Source: Clostridia bacterium (GTDB taxonomy: Bacteria > Bacillota > Clostridia > Oscillospirales > CAG-272). From it: a DNA stretch of 64,000 nt. The position numbers and the translations under genes were made by a program. This document shows positions 47,054-57,359 of this stretch, in pieces (within the stretch, counting starts at the first letter, position 1; each line of letters opens with the position of its first letter). The notes beneath the pieces were generated by a model. That model was not told the origin of the DNA. It did not search any database and saw nothing but the letters and a program-made list of their open reading frames with translations. The stretch lies in NCBI GenBank assembly GCA_017508195.1, contig JAFVZL010000043.1, forward strand, positions 108,856-172,855, written 5' to 3'.

Positions 47054-49306
47054 ATGCATACAAGCGGATTTGACGGTGCGAGAAGAAAAACCGAGAGACG
47101 TGGCTATATTACTCTTGTTGCTTTTTTTCTTGTCTCTGTGCTTTTGGTGTTCAACATTTTGCGGCTCGATCTCTTTGCCTACGATAGCTATCGCGACAAG
47201 GCATACGATCAGATAACCACGACCTCAACTCTGAAAGCCGAGCGCGGAAGCATTTACGATTCAAGCATGAATTTGCTTGCCACGACAAAAACGGTGTGGC
47301 GAGTATTCGTATCTCCTAAGGCAATCAAAACCGCATCGAAGAAAGACGGTAAGGACTACGCTTCGCTCCTGTCGGGCGGATTATCTGAGATTTTTTCCTT
47401 AGATTATAATAAGCTGTATGAGAAGATGTCCGACTACACAGTGCTCGATCTGACCGTCGCGAAAGCGGCAAGCGAGGAGCAATATAAAAGGGTCGTTGAT
47501 TTCACCGCAAAAGCCTCCTTGGAAAGCCTTCTTTTTACAGAGGCACAGACCTCACGCTTTTACCCATCCGGCACTCTCGCAGCACACGTTCTCGGATTTA
47601 CCGGCAGCGATAATCAAGGCCTTTATGGACTCGAATATTCCTATAACTCCCTCCTTTCCGGCAAAGACGGTTATTACCTTTATGCAAAGGATGCAAACGG
47701 GAACCCGATGCCCGGCGGTTATACCGATATTGTCGAGGCTGTCGACGGAAGCTCTATTGTCACAACGATAGACTCGTACATACAGACGGTACTTGAGGGT
47801 GAGCTCAGCAGTATTGTCAAAAACCATTCTGTCACGGGGCGCGCAACGGGAATCGTAATGGATACCAAAACCGGAGCTGTGTTGGCAATGGCGACCTCAT
47901 CACCCTTTGACCCGAATTCTCCATACGAGCTCGACGCTCTATCTCTCGAGAGACTCTGTTCATCGGGATATGCCGAGGGCAGCGACGAGTACAAGGCACT
48001 CAAATCCGAGCTCATGCAGATAATGTGGTCAAACAAGGCGGTCAGTGAAACCTACGAGCCGGGCTCTACCTTTAAAATTGTGACGGTGGCGGCAGCGCTC
48101 GACTCCGGCTCTGCGAAGATGACCGATACCTTCTCATGCACCGGCAGCCACACAGTTGGCGGATATAATATCAGATGTCATAAACGAACGGGCCACGGCT
48201 CGGGATTTTCTCTCGCATACGGGCTTCAGATGTCCTGCAACCCGACTATGATGGCGATAGCCGAGAGAACCGGAGCCGATACCTTTTATTCATACGTTGA
48301 AAAATTCGGATATCTCGAGCGCACTGGCATAGATCTGCCGAGCGAGGCGAGAAGTATTTTCCACAATCCCGATGCCATAGGGGTGACGGAGCTTGCCACA
48401 GCATCCTTCGGGCAGCGCTTTAAGGTGAGCATTATTAACCAGCTTACAGCAATAGCAGCAGTCGCGAACGGAGGTTATCTGGTAACCCCATATCTTGTCG
48501 AAAGAGTGATCGACGAAAATGGCAACACAATTAAAGAACACGAAACCAAGATAAAAAGAAGGGTGATCAGCGAGGAGGTTGCAGCCGAAATAGCCAAGGC
48601 TCTCGAGGAGGGAGTAAGCGGAGACGGTGGCGCAAAGAACGCTTACGTCGAGGGGTACAGTGTGGCCGCAAAGACGGGTACATCGCAAAAGTTCGATATC
48701 CTTGACGAGAATGGAAACTCCTACCTGCGTATAGGCTCTACGGTCGCTTTCGCACCTTCTGATGAATCGGGAATTGCGGCAATTATTGTCGTAGACGAGC
48801 CGCAAAGCTCTGTAAAGTACGGCTCTACCGTTGCGGCACCGTATATCTCAAACCTTTTCTCTGCAATTCTTCCCTACCTTGAGTACGAGCGCACCTCTGC
48901 CGACCCTACTTACACCGTTGGCAGCTACGTAGGAATGAATATCAACTCCGCAAAGGATGCTCTCGAGAATGACGGTGTCGGCTATACGGTTATCGGTGAC
49001 GGAAGCGTTGTTATCTCTCAGCTGCCCGCCGCAAGCATTGATATAACGAAAAGCCTCTCAAAGGTATATCTTTATACCGTTACACCGGAGCGTGATACGG
49101 TTGCCGTGCCGAATCTCGTTGGGCTCGGTATAGCAGAGGCAAACCGAATTCTGGCGAACGAGGGTCTTAATGTAAAAATATCGGGTGTCACCGATCTGAA
49201 AAGTAATATACTAAAGGTAGTCAGACAATCAGTACCCGAGGGATATACAGTAAAGCGCGGCAGCGTAATCGAATTAACGGTACTGTGTACCGATCACGAG
49301 GATTGA
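47054..49306 (+). CDS. Class B penicillin-binding protein (FtsI/PBP2B/SpoVD family) with two C-terminal PASTA domains
   Basis: 750 aa. N-terminal TM helix, then transpeptidase motifs STFK, SCN and KTGTS. Two PASTA-like repeats in the last ~130 aa. Confidence 0.92.
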   Translation: MHTSGFDGARRKTERRGYITLVAFFLVSVLLVFNILRLDLFAYDSYRDKAYDQITTTSTLKAERGSIYDSSMNLLATTKTVWRVFVSPKAIKTASKKDGKDYASLLSGGLSEIFSLDYNKLYEKMSDYTVLDLTVAKAASEEQYKRVVDFTAKASLESLLFTEAQTSRFYPSGTLAAHVLGFTGSDNQGLYGLEYSYNSLLSGKDGYYLYAKDANGNPMPGGYTDIVEAVDGSSIVTTIDSYIQTVLEGELSSIVKNHSVTGRATGIVMDTKTGAVLAMATSSPFDPNSPYELDALSLERLCSSGYAEGSDEYKALKSELMQIMWSNKAVSETYEPGSTFKIVTVAAALDSGSAKMTDTFSCTGSHTVGGYNIRCHKRTGHGSGFSLAYGLQMSCNPTMMAIAERTGADTFYSYVEKFGYLERTGIDLPSEARSIFHNPDAIGVTELATASFGQRFKVSIINQLTAIAAVANGGYLVTPYLVERVIDENGNTIKEHETKIKRRVISEEVAAEIAKALEEGVSGDGGAKNAYVEGYSVAAKTGTSQKFDILDENGNSYLRIGSTVAFAPSDESGIAAIIVVDEPQSSVKYGSTVAAPYISNLFSAILPYLEYERTSADPTYTVGSYVGMNINSAKDALENDGVGYTVIGDGSVVISQLPAASIDITKSLSKVYLYTVTPERDTVAVPNLVGLGIAEANRILANEGLNVKISGVTDLKSNILKVVRQSVPEGYTVKRGSVIELTVLCTDHED

Positions 49307-49307
49307 T

Positions 49308-50777
49308 ATGAAGCTTAGCGAACTTTTGGGCGCGCTTGGAATAAGAAGCGCAGACAGAATACACGAGGGTTGCGAGGATCTGACTCCGACCTCAACCCTT
49401 GATAAATGCACACACGAGAGTCTTTTATTCGTAATCAAAAGGCTTAGCGGTGAATATACCGCTGAGGCAAAAAAAATAAACAAGCGTATGCCTTATGCCG
49501 TGATATGCGACGTTGACTATCCCACCGACCGCCTACGGGTTCCATACATAATAGTCGATGACGTAAGAACGGCACTTGCCTACGCATGTTCTCTGCACTA
49601 CGGTATCGACTATGCGGGTATGAAGATAATCGGTATCACCGGCACTAACGGAAAAACCACCACGGCTACGCTGCTACACGGTATACTTACCGCGTGCGGA
49701 ATCAAGGCGGGACAGATCGGAACGGGCATCATCCGTTCCGGGGAGGTCGAGCTCGCCGACAATGCCACAACGATGACGACTCCCGATCCTGAAAGGCTCT
49801 ATCGCATATTAGGAGATATGCAAAAGGACGGGTGCACTCACGTGGTAATGGAGGTATCGAGTCACGCGATCGCCCTTGGTAAGGTTGCACCGATAACCTT
49901 TGATCTTGGTATATTTACAAACCTTAGCCATGAGCATATGGATTTCCATAAGACTCCTGAGGACTACTACATGACCAAAAGGCGACTATTTGAAAGTTGT
50001 CGTGTCGCAATATTCAATATTGATGACGGTTACGGTGAGCGAGCATATTCCGAGATGTCCGGTAAAAAGCTCTCGGTCGGCATAGTAAATCAGGGCGATA
50101 TCTACGCAACCGACATCGTATTTGAAGGCGTTCGGGGCTCGGAGTTCTTCTACCGCAGAGGAAGTCTGATATTCAAAGCAAAGCTGAGGCTGCCAGGCTC
50201 ATTCAATATTTATAATGCTCTCTTAGCTATGAGCGCGGCAATAGAGCTAGGAATGAAGCCTAAGGACGTAAAGCACGCACTCTTTTCTATCAAGGGGGTC
50301 GAGGGTCGGATGGAGCTTATACATTCAGAGCCTTCTGTGGTGATAGACTATGCACATACTCCTTACGCGGTCGAAAGTGCACTGAGGGCGCTACGCGCCA
50401 CGGTGGGCGGAGGGCGGTTGATAGCGGTTCTCGGCTCGGGCGGTAATCGTGACAGATCAAAAAGGCCGCTTATGGCAAATGCCGCCTCACGCTATGCGGA
50501 TATAACCGTTCTCACCGAGGACAACAGCCGAGGCGAGATGACCGAGGCTATTATCGATGATATGAAGGTGGGACTTTTGGAAGGACGCGAGCATATAGAG
50601 ATACCAAGACGTGAGGATGCTATACGTCACGCGCTCTCTATCGCAAATGAATCCGATACCGTTGCGATCATCGGCAAAGGCCACGAAAGATACATTATAG
50701 ATGGGAAAGGTTACCGCAGCTTTGACGAGCGGGAGATAGTTAAGAGCTTTTTTGAGGGGATAAGTAATGAGAATTAG
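49308..50777 (+). CDS. murE: UDP-N-acetylmuramoyl-L-alanyl-D-glutamate--2,6-diaminopimelate ligase
   Basis: 489 aa. GITGTNGKTT P-loop. The substrate-selectivity position reads DNSR (canonical mDAP type is DNPR). Confidence 0.9.
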   Translation: MKLSELLGALGIRSADRIHEGCEDLTPTSTLDKCTHESLLFVIKRLSGEYTAEAKKINKRMPYAVICDVDYPTDRLRVPYIIVDDVRTALAYACSLHYGIDYAGMKIIGITGTNGKTTTATLLHGILTACGIKAGQIGTGIIRSGEVELADNATTMTTPDPERLYRILGDMQKDGCTHVVMEVSSHAIALGKVAPITFDLGIFTNLSHEHMDFHKTPEDYYMTKRRLFESCRVAIFNIDDGYGERAYSEMSGKKLSVGIVNQGDIYATDIVFEGVRGSEFFYRRGSLIFKAKLRLPGSFNIYNALLAMSAAIELGMKPKDVKHALFSIKGVEGRMELIHSEPSVVIDYAHTPYAVESALRALRATVGGGRLIAVLGSGGNRDRSKRPLMANAASRYADITVLTEDNSRGEMTEAIIDDMKVGLLEGREHIEIPRREDAIRHALSIANESDTVAIIGKGHERYIIDGKGYRSFDEREIVKSFFEGISNEN

Positions 50778-52146
50778 GCTGGGCTCTCCATTATCTCTGT
50801 GCGAAGTAACGGAAATTTTTCAGATTCCCGCCCCCACCCGCGATGCAGAATTCCAATATATAACAACCGACTCGAGAGAGGCTATGTCGGGCGACCTCTT
50901 CGTTTCTCTCTCGGAGATTCCGATAGACTCGCTTAAGCACACCGCAGAGGCTCGCGAAAGAGGCGCCGTGACACTCGGAGCGTTCGGAGATCTGCGCGTC
51001 AAGGATACCTCATCGATGCTCCTCAGGTTAGCGAACTACTATAAAAGAACAAGACTTACGGCATTAAACCATACCGTAGCAATAACCGGAAGTGTCGGTA
51101 AGACAACAACAAAGGAGTTTGCGAAAAGTATCCTTGGGGGATTCTATAAAGTCCATGCAAGTCCCGGGAACTATAACAACAGAATAGGTCTCCCTCTCGC
51201 AATTCTGACAGCCAAGCCGGACACGGAGATACTGCTGCTCGAGTGCGGAATGAACGCAGTCGGTGAGATTTCCGAGCTTTCAAACTGTATAGAACCGGAC
51301 ATAGCAGTCATTACGAATATCGGTACCTCTCATATAGGAAATCTCGGCTCACGCGAGGCAATCGCTAAAGCAAAGCTCGAAATACTCGACGGTATGAGTA
51401 GCGGAGTGCTTATCCGCCCACTGTCCGAGCCTCTTCTTGAATCCAACAAAAAAGCCGTAACGTTTTCGGTCGAGGATGAGGGTACTACGGACGATGCCGA
51501 TTATACCGCCACAAATATACAAACAAGCGATAGCGGAATTGAGTTCGTGCTCCACGTTTCGAAATACGAAGAGGCAAAAATCAGCTTCCCTCTTACAGCT
51601 CGGCATCTCATTCCTGATCTTCTGGCTGCGGTTGCAGCAGTGAGAGAGATAGGTATGCCACTAAAGGTTATCTCAGAAGCTATTACAGACTTAGGCGAAT
51701 CTCTGGTAAGACACCGCTTTATTGATATGGGCAGATTCACACTGCTCGACGATTCCTACAATTCATCACTGGAATCGGCAAGGAGTGCTATCGACCTGTT
51801 ACTCTCGCGCCCTGCGACAAGGCACACTGCGGTCTTTGGAGATATTCTCGAGCTCGGTACTCACTCAAAAGAGATACACCGAGCACTCGGTAGATATGCT
51901 GCGGGGGGCGTAGACAGAATAATTGCATACGGAGAGTTTGCGTCTTACATAAAAGAAGGTGCTCTCGCACGCGGAATGAGCGACGGGCAGATATTGGTAA
52001 TCGGGCGCGACTCGGGTATTGAGTATATCCGAGAGATATTAAATAAAACTATAATTGAAGGAGAGCTTATTCTCATAAAAGGCTCAAACAGAACGGGGCT
52101 GTGGAAGCTCTCGCTAGCGTTAAGGGGGGAAATAAATGACGGGTAG
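50767..52146 (+). CDS. murF: UDP-N-acetylmuramoyl-tripeptide--D-alanyl-D-alanine ligase
   Basis: 459 aa. ITGSVGKTTTKE P-loop and DSYNSS. It overlaps the murE end and the mraY start. Confidence 0.92.
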   Translation: MRIRLGSPLSLCEVTEIFQIPAPTRDAEFQYITTDSREAMSGDLFVSLSEIPIDSLKHTAEARERGAVTLGAFGDLRVKDTSSMLLRLANYYKRTRLTALNHTVAITGSVGKTTTKEFAKSILGGFYKVHASPGNYNNRIGLPLAILTAKPDTEILLLECGMNAVGEISELSNCIEPDIAVITNIGTSHIGNLGSREAIAKAKLEILDGMSSGVLIRPLSEPLLESNKKAVTFSVEDEGTTDDADYTATNIQTSDSGIEFVLHVSKYEEAKISFPLTARHLIPDLLAAVAAVREIGMPLKVISEAITDLGESLVRHRFIDMGRFTLLDDSYNSSLESARSAIDLLLSRPATRHTAVFGDILELGTHSKEIHRALGRYAAGGVDRIIAYGEFASYIKEGALARGMSDGQILVIGRDSGIEYIREILNKTIIEGELILIKGSNRTGLWKLSLALRGEINDG

Positions 52147-53122
52147 CGGTATATTCTTTTTTGTTTTTATATTTGCACTGTCATTAGGAGTGACTGCGCT
52201 TGTCGAGCGCACCATAATACCTATACTGAAAGAGCGTGCGGAGCAGCCCATATACACGGATGGACCTAAGTGGCACGCATCGAAAAGCGGTACACCTACG
52301 CTGGGCGGACTTGCCTTTATTATTGCTTTGCTTTCCGTAGTCCCCCTGGGGGCGGTATGGTTGGCGGATACATTATCCTCGGATGCGGCAGTGTCGCTGG
52401 TGCTTACCGCATCTTACGCGCTTTTAAATTCGCTTATCGGTATCATTGACGATCTGACAAAGCTGAAAAAGAAGAAAAACGGGGGACTTACCCCGTTTCA
52501 GAAGCTTGCTATGCAGTCAGTGCTTGCAATTCTTCTTTTATACTTGCGCGCAACACTTCTGGGTGACGAGCCAACACTCGCGTTCAGCTTCGGTACGGTT
52601 AATATCGGGATATGGTACTATCCCCTTTCATTCCTTATGCTCCTCGGTGTTACGAATTGTGCCAACCTCACCGACGGTGTCGACGGTCTTGCAAGCTCTG
52701 TCGCTTTCGCTATCGGTACGGTACTGTTCTTTATCTCCTCAAAAAGCATAGGAGAGATATCGGTAATCAGCGCATTGCTTATAGGTATTTCTGTAGGATT
52801 TCTAATTTTTAATATTCATCCGGCGAAAATATTCATGGGTGATACAGGCTCGCTTCTTCTAGGGGCACTCGTCGGTGGTACGGGTTTAATGCTCGGCAAT
52901 CCTATTCTTATACTGCTTATCGGCGGCGTTTACGCGATAGAGGGTGCATCGGTCATTCTCCAGGTCATTTCCTATAAGCTTACGGGAAAGCGCATATTCA
53001 AAATGGCACCCTTGCACCATCATCTCGAGCAATCGGGCTTTTCAGAGAATAAAATATGCATGCTCGCTATCATCGCGACTATTATCCTCGGAATTCCAAC
53101 CTTTTTACTTTATATATCATGA
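52136..53122 (+). CDS. mraY: Phospho-N-acetylmuramoyl-pentapeptide transferase
   Basis: 328 aa, polytopic. NLTDGVDGLA, MGDTGSL, APLHHH. Confidence 0.95.
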   Translation: MTGSGIFFFVFIFALSLGVTALVERTIIPILKERAEQPIYTDGPKWHASKSGTPTLGGLAFIIALLSVVPLGAVWLADTLSSDAAVSLVLTASYALLNSLIGIIDDLTKLKKKKNGGLTPFQKLAMQSVLAILLLYLRATLLGDEPTLAFSFGTVNIGIWYYPLSFLMLLGVTNCANLTDGVDGLASSVAFAIGTVLFFISSKSIGEISVISALLIGISVGFLIFNIHPAKIFMGDTGSLLLGALVGGTGLMLGNPILILLIGGVYAIEGASVILQVISYKLTGKRIFKMAPLHHHLEQSGFSENKICMLAIIATIILGIPTFLLYIS

Positions 53123-54330
53123 GAAGCACGAAAGAAAAATATAATAATACCCGCGTGGGTGTGGACGGTAGTGAGCGCTCCAAGGGTAAAGGCATCCTCG
53201 GGGGGATATTCCGCGATGGCGGCGGTCATATTGACAAGGTCCTGCTCGTAACGACTCTCCTATTAGCCGTCTTCGGTACGCTTACGGTATTTTCTGCGGG
53301 CGGCCCGTACGCCGAAGCAAAGTACGGTGACGAGTATTACTTCATCAAGCGACAGGTCATATGGCTAATTCTCGGGGCTTTGGCAATGGTTCTTGGGTCA
53401 AAGCTTGCGCCCGAGTTCTATAAAAAAATGGCAATTCCCGTTTACTGCCTATCTATCGTACTGCTTATTCTTACGCTCGTAATCGGATTTACGGGTAACG
53501 GAGCGCAGAGATGGATATCGATAGGACCCTTGACCGTGCAGCCCTCCGAGATAGCGAAGTTCGGTACCGTTATGATGCTCGCTTACTACTTTGACAAAAA
53601 CAAGATGCGGGCAACGGAGCCGAAAAGCCGCGGTGAGTCATTTCTCTATGGCACCCTCATCCCTCTTGGTATTATGCTTTTACCGATAGTGCTCGTTATG
53701 CTTCAAAGGCATCTATCCTGCATAGTTATTATGGGCGTTATCGGTATACTGCTGATAGTACTTGCGGGTATAGACGTTAGGTATATACTCGGTTTTATCG
53801 GTGCGGGGGCTGCCGGCGTAAGCGCGCTCGCACTGTTTACCGATTACACAAAGGACAGAATCACCGTATGGCTCGACCCCGAAAAGTATAAGCTTACGGG
53901 TGGATGGCAGACACTAGAGGGGCTCATGGCAATAGGCTCGGGCGGCATCCTCGGTAAGGGCTTCGGACGGGGAGAATTAAAATACTGCTACGTTTCCGAG
54001 CCTGCGAACGATATGATCTACGCCATTCTGTGCGAGGAGCTCGGCTTTGTCGGGGGTCTTGCGGTCATAATACTGTTCGCTATATTTGCGCTGAGGTGCT
54101 TCCGCATAGCATTTAAAACCGAAGATACATATCAGAGACTGCTCTGCCTCGGAATATGTGCTCAAATTACAGTTCAAGCACTATTGAACATCGCGGTTGT
54201 AACAAATACGGTACCAAATACGGGCATTTCACTCCCGTTTTTCAGCTACGGCGGCTCCTCGCTCATCATGCTGCTGTTTGAGGTCGGTATCCTGCTGTCG
54301 GTGTCACGCGATGCAAGAATAGTCGGATAG
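53119..54330 (+). CDS. ftsW: SEDS-family peptidoglycan polymerase FtsW/SpoVE
   Basis: ATG at 53119 overlaps the mraY stop (ATGA). About 10 TM helices, with motifs QPSE(I/F)AK and SLPFFSYGGSS. Confidence 0.9.
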   Translation: MRSTKEKYNNTRVGVDGSERSKGKGILGGIFRDGGGHIDKVLLVTTLLLAVFGTLTVFSAGGPYAEAKYGDEYYFIKRQVIWLILGALAMVLGSKLAPEFYKKMAIPVYCLSIVLLILTLVIGFTGNGAQRWISIGPLTVQPSEIAKFGTVMMLAYYFDKNKMRATEPKSRGESFLYGTLIPLGIMLLPIVLVMLQRHLSCIVIMGVIGILLIVLAGIDVRYILGFIGAGAAGVSALALFTDYTKDRITVWLDPEKYKLTGGWQTLEGLMAIGSGGILGKGFGRGELKYCYVSEPANDMIYAILCEELGFVGGLAVIILFAIFALRCFRIAFKTEDTYQRLLCLGICAQITVQALLNIAVVTNTVPNTGISLPFFSYGGSSLIMLLFEVGILLSVSRDARIVG

Positions 54331-54337
54331 GAGTTTT

Positions 54338-55426
54338 ATGAAGGTAATGTTTTCGGGCGGCGGGACTGCCGGTCATATCTACCCCGCACTCGCTATGGCC
54401 GAGATGATAAAGAGAAAATATACCGATGCGGAATTTGTTTTTGTCGGCAGACTCGGCGGTGATGAAAACGAGGCTGTAAGGCGTGCCGGATACCCGGTAC
54501 ATCTGCTCGATACTGTGGGTATCCGCCGTTCGCTCAGCATATCGAACATAAAGGCAATATTCAAGGCACTCAGAGCCGAGCATGAAGCCGGATGTCTTAT
54601 CAAAGAGCATTCGCCCGATATCGTCATAGGTACCGGTGGATACGTCAGCTGGCCTGTCCTGCGTGCCGGCATAAAGCACAAGCTCCCGACGCTCATCCAC
54701 GAATCGAACGCGTACCCCGGGCTTGTGACGCGCATGCTGGCAAAGCACGTAAGTGCGGTCATGCTCGGCTTTGACTCCGCCCGCACCCATCTGCCGGGAG
54801 GAAGTAATGCCGTAACAGTCGGCAATCCCGTCCGCGACGGATTCGGCAGCATAAAAAAGAGAGAAGCAAGAAAAAGGCTCGGTATAAAAGACAGCGAGAC
54901 TCTCATTCTCTCTTTCGGCGGCAGCCTAGGCTCCGAGAGGATGAACTCCGTTATACTCGAGCTTATATCAAAGGGCGCGTGCGGTGCTACCGTTGTACAT
55001 GCAACGGGAAAGAGATACTTTGAGGCAATCAAACGCACGCATCCAGAGCTTGTGAGAGATCGCGGCTCGAGGATAATGCCATATATCTCCGATATGCCGC
55101 TTTGGCTATCGGCGGCTGACCTCGCGATAACGAGAAGCGGTGCGATAACATTAGCCGAGCTATGCGAGGCAGGAATTCCGTCCATACTCATCCCATCTCC
55201 GAACGTCAGCGACGATCATCAATATAAAAACGCTCTCGCCATGTCGGAGATGGGCGCATCCTTGGTGATAAAGGAGTCCGAGCTCGGAGAAGAAAGACTG
55301 CGATCCGAGATAGAAAGACTGCTAAAGGACAAGACGGCTCTTATTCATATGGGAAAGCTCGCTCATAAGGGTACACGCGCCCTTACGGAAAAAAGGATAC
55401 TCGAAGTTATAGGTAATTGTTTATAA
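54338..55426 (+). CDS. murG: Undecaprenyldiphospho-muramoylpentapeptide beta-N-acetylglucosaminyltransferase
   Basis: 362 aa. GGGTAGHIYPALA N-terminus and RSGAITLAEL C-domain. Confidence 0.95.
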   Translation: MKVMFSGGGTAGHIYPALAMAEMIKRKYTDAEFVFVGRLGGDENEAVRRAGYPVHLLDTVGIRRSLSISNIKAIFKALRAEHEAGCLIKEHSPDIVIGTGGYVSWPVLRAGIKHKLPTLIHESNAYPGLVTRMLAKHVSAVMLGFDSARTHLPGGSNAVTVGNPVRDGFGSIKKREARKRLGIKDSETLILSFGGSLGSERMNSVILELISKGACGATVVHATGKRYFEAIKRTHPELVRDRGSRIMPYISDMPLWLSAADLAITRSGAITLAELCEAGIPSILIPSPNVSDDHQYKNALAMSEMGASLVIKESELGEERLRSEIERLLKDKTALIHMGKLAHKGTRALTEKRILEVIGNCL

Positions 55427-55501
55427 ACGTCTTTCTGCCCTAAAATATTATGCGTAATATTTTATAAATTGTAAATATTTTATGCGCGCACGAGAAAACT
55501 C

Positions 55502-55529
55502 TTGTTTTTGTTAAAAAATATAGTATAAT
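55502..55529 (+). promoter_or_regulatory. Possible ftsZ-proximal sigma-A promoter
   Basis: TTGTTT, a 16-nt spacer, then TATAAT (55524-55529), in the AT-rich murG-ftsZ spacer. Confidence 0.4.
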
Positions 55530-55587
55530 TATTATAGTATTTTAAAATAAGCGAGAAGGCTCGCGTTATATAAAACGGAGGTTTCGG

Positions 55588-56832
55588 ATGGACAGCAAAA
55601 TGGAATTTGATTTTGAACAGGTTTATGACAGTGGCGTTAATATTAAGGTCATCGGTGTCGGCGGCGGCGGAAACAATGCCGTTAACCGCATGATTTCGGC
55701 AAATATAAGAGGCGTTGAATTCATCGCCGTAAATACAGATGCTCAGGTACTCGATACCTCTTGCGCATCGAAAAAGCTCATCCTCGGCGACAAGGTTACA
55801 AGAGGTCTCGGTGCAGGTGCTAACCCCGAGGTCGGCAGACGTGCTGCCGAGGAGTCCATCGACGAGATCAGAGCCGTGCTCCAGGGTGCCGATATGCTCT
55901 TCGTTACCGCAGGTATGGGCGGCGGAACAGGTACGGGTGCAGCTCCCGTTATCGCAAGAGTTGCAAAGGAAATGGATATCCTTACCGTAGGTATCGTTAC
56001 CAAGCCCTTCAACTTCGAGGGAAAGAAGAGATACATACAGGCGGAGGCAGGTATTGCCGAGCTTGCTAAGTTCGTTGACTCTCTTATCGTCATCCCCAAC
56101 GAGAGACTTAAGCAGGTAGAGGACACCAAAATCACTCTTGCGAACGCATTTGAAATTGCCGATGACGTTCTTCGCCGCGGTGTGCAGTCGGTATCCGAGA
56201 TCATCAACGTTACGGGCTTCGTTAACCGTGACTTTGCAGACGTTACCACCATCATGAAGAATGCAGGCTATGCTCACATGGGCGTTGGCTCTGCCAAGGG
56301 TGCAGACAAGGCGCAGCTCGCAGCAATGGCGGCTATCTCCTCTCCCCTTCTCGAGACCAGCATCGCAGGTGCGACGGGCGTTCTTATGAGCATCACAGCA
56401 TCTGAGGATATTACCCTTGAGGACGTAGAGATCGCATCTACAATGGTATACGAGGAAGCTCATCCCGATGCAACCATCATCTGGGGTGCTGCATTCAACC
56501 CCGAGCTCCAGGACGAGATAAGAATCACGATTATCGCAACCGGCTTCATCGACAGCGTTACCAACGAGAACGGTGTTTCCAACAAGACAGTTGAAAGCGA
56601 GAAGGCCGAAAGAATTGCAAATGCAGCGGTCGAGGCAAGCGGTGAGTACGTTGCCGAGCCCGTATCCGCCCCCGTGGTCGAGGATATCAAGCCCGAGCCC
56701 GCAGTTGCTCCCTCGCCCGTAACCGTTACCGTACAGACCGCTCCCGCTCAGGCAAAGGAAGAGGAGGATCTCACTGACGAGTATGAGGAGATCTTCACCT
56801 TCATCACCAAGAAGGCAAAGCCCTCTAACTAA
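55588..56832 (+). CDS. ftsZ: Cell division protein FtsZ
   Basis: 414 aa. [13 protein letters not shown] and tubulin signature [12 protein letters not shown] disordered linker and a short conserved C-terminal peptide follow. Confidence 0.97.
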   Translation: MDSKMEFDFEQVYDSGVNIKVIGVGGGGNNAVNRMISANIRGVEFIAVNTDAQVLDTSCASKKLILGDKVTRGLGAGANPEVGRRAAEESIDEIRAVLQGADMLFVTAGMGGGTGTGAAPVIARVAKEMDILTVGIVTKPFNFEGKKRYIQAEAGIAELAKFVDSLIVIPNERLKQVEDTKITLANAFEIADDVLRRGVQSVSEIINVTGFVNRDFADVTTIMKNAGYAHMGVGSAKGADKAQLAAMAAISSPLLETSIAGATGVLMSITASEDITLEDVEIASTMVYEEAHPDATIIWGAAFNPELQDEIRITIIATGFIDSVTNENGVSNKTVESEKAERIANAAVEASGEYVAEPVSAPVVEDIKPEPAVAPSPVTVTVQTAPAQAKEEEDLTDEYEEIFTFITKKAKPSN

Positions 56833-56880
56833 GAAGAAGCATCCGTCTTTGCGGATGCTCCACCAAACAATATGATATCT

Positions 56881-56913
56881 GCGAGTGCCCCTTACGGCGG
56901 CACTCGCTTTTTT
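56881..56913 (+). terminator. ftsZ intrinsic terminator
   Basis: GCGAGTGCC...GGCACTCGC 9-bp stem followed by T6. An additional hairpin AGCATCCG/CGGATGCT sits at 56838-56859 without a T-tail. Confidence 0.85.
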
Positions 56914-56972
56914 GTGCGAGGGTGCATGATCTTGCCGGATTGTAACTAGCACGGCAGAAGATAAAGCCACAA

Positions 56973-56996
56973 GAAAAATGCCGGAAGAACTCCGGC
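56973..56996 (-). terminator. Minus-strand terminator-like hairpin at the outer edge of the left A-tract array
   Basis: Minus strand: GCCGGA-gttct-TCCGGC followed by ATTTTTCTT. It would stop leftward transcription before ftsZ. Confidence 0.5.
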
Positions 56997-57000
56997 TATG

Positions 57001-57345
57001 AAAAGTGAAAAAACATGCTAAAACCGAAGTCGAAGAGCTTGTCGAAACAGAAGCAAAAAGGCAAGTGGGAAAACAGGTGAAAACCGAGCAAAAAGTATTC
57101 TCGAAAAGAGGCGCGAAATGCTGTAGAAAAACGGATAAAAAAAGAGGGAAAAAGACCGCAAAAAAACAGCGGAAAAAACGCGTTAAAATTTTGCTCATAT
57201 CAAAGAAAAAAATAAGAGAAAAAACGATAAAAAACGCCTTTGAAAAATCGCGAATAATCCTTCGTTTTCCGTCTGTCCCAGCCGCCCTAAAAAAACGGTC
57301 GGTGACCGTAAAAAATTATGTCGTGAGGCGGTTACAAAAAAACGG
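57001..57345 (+). repeat. Left array of ~12-bp phased A-tract units (about 20 runs of A4-A7)
   Basis: Units such as GTGAAAAAAC, GGTGAAAACC, GTAGAAAAAC, ACCGCAAAAAAAC, AGCGGAAAAAAC, GATAAAAAAC. A-run starts are spaced mostly 10-14 bp apart. The grammar is 3-6 G/C-rich nt, then A4-7, then C or G. Confidence 0.8.
57289..57315 (-). terminator. Terminator-like hairpin at the inner edge of the left array (minus-strand sense)
   Basis: A7-ACGGTC-ggt-GACCGT-A6 on the plus strand, which reads as a stem followed by a U-run on the minus strand. Confidence 0.4.
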
Positions 57346-57359
57346 TGTCACTGAATAGA

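Noticed and set aside
50520-50531. MurE substrate-specificity motif reads DNSR instead of DNPR
   Set aside because: A single Pro-to-Ser change in a motif I am recalling from memory is not enough to infer an unusual peptidoglycan cross-link amino acid without alignment or biochemical data.
55480-57198. 572-aa minus-strand ORF, the longest 'unknown' ORF in the window
   Set aside because: It lies antisense to ftsZ over most of its length. It has a low-complexity Cys/Leu/Phe/Gly-rich composition, no RBS and no recognisable domain. The ftsZ frame carries unmistakable tubulin signatures. It is a shadow ORF of a GC-biased codon pattern.
57005-57358. 117-aa Lys-rich ORF (GTG start) covering the left A-tract array
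   Set aside because: The lysine richness follows directly from translating A-runs. The repeat unit of ~11-13 nt does not preserve a reading frame. There is no RBS, and the mirror-image right arm has no equivalent ORF.
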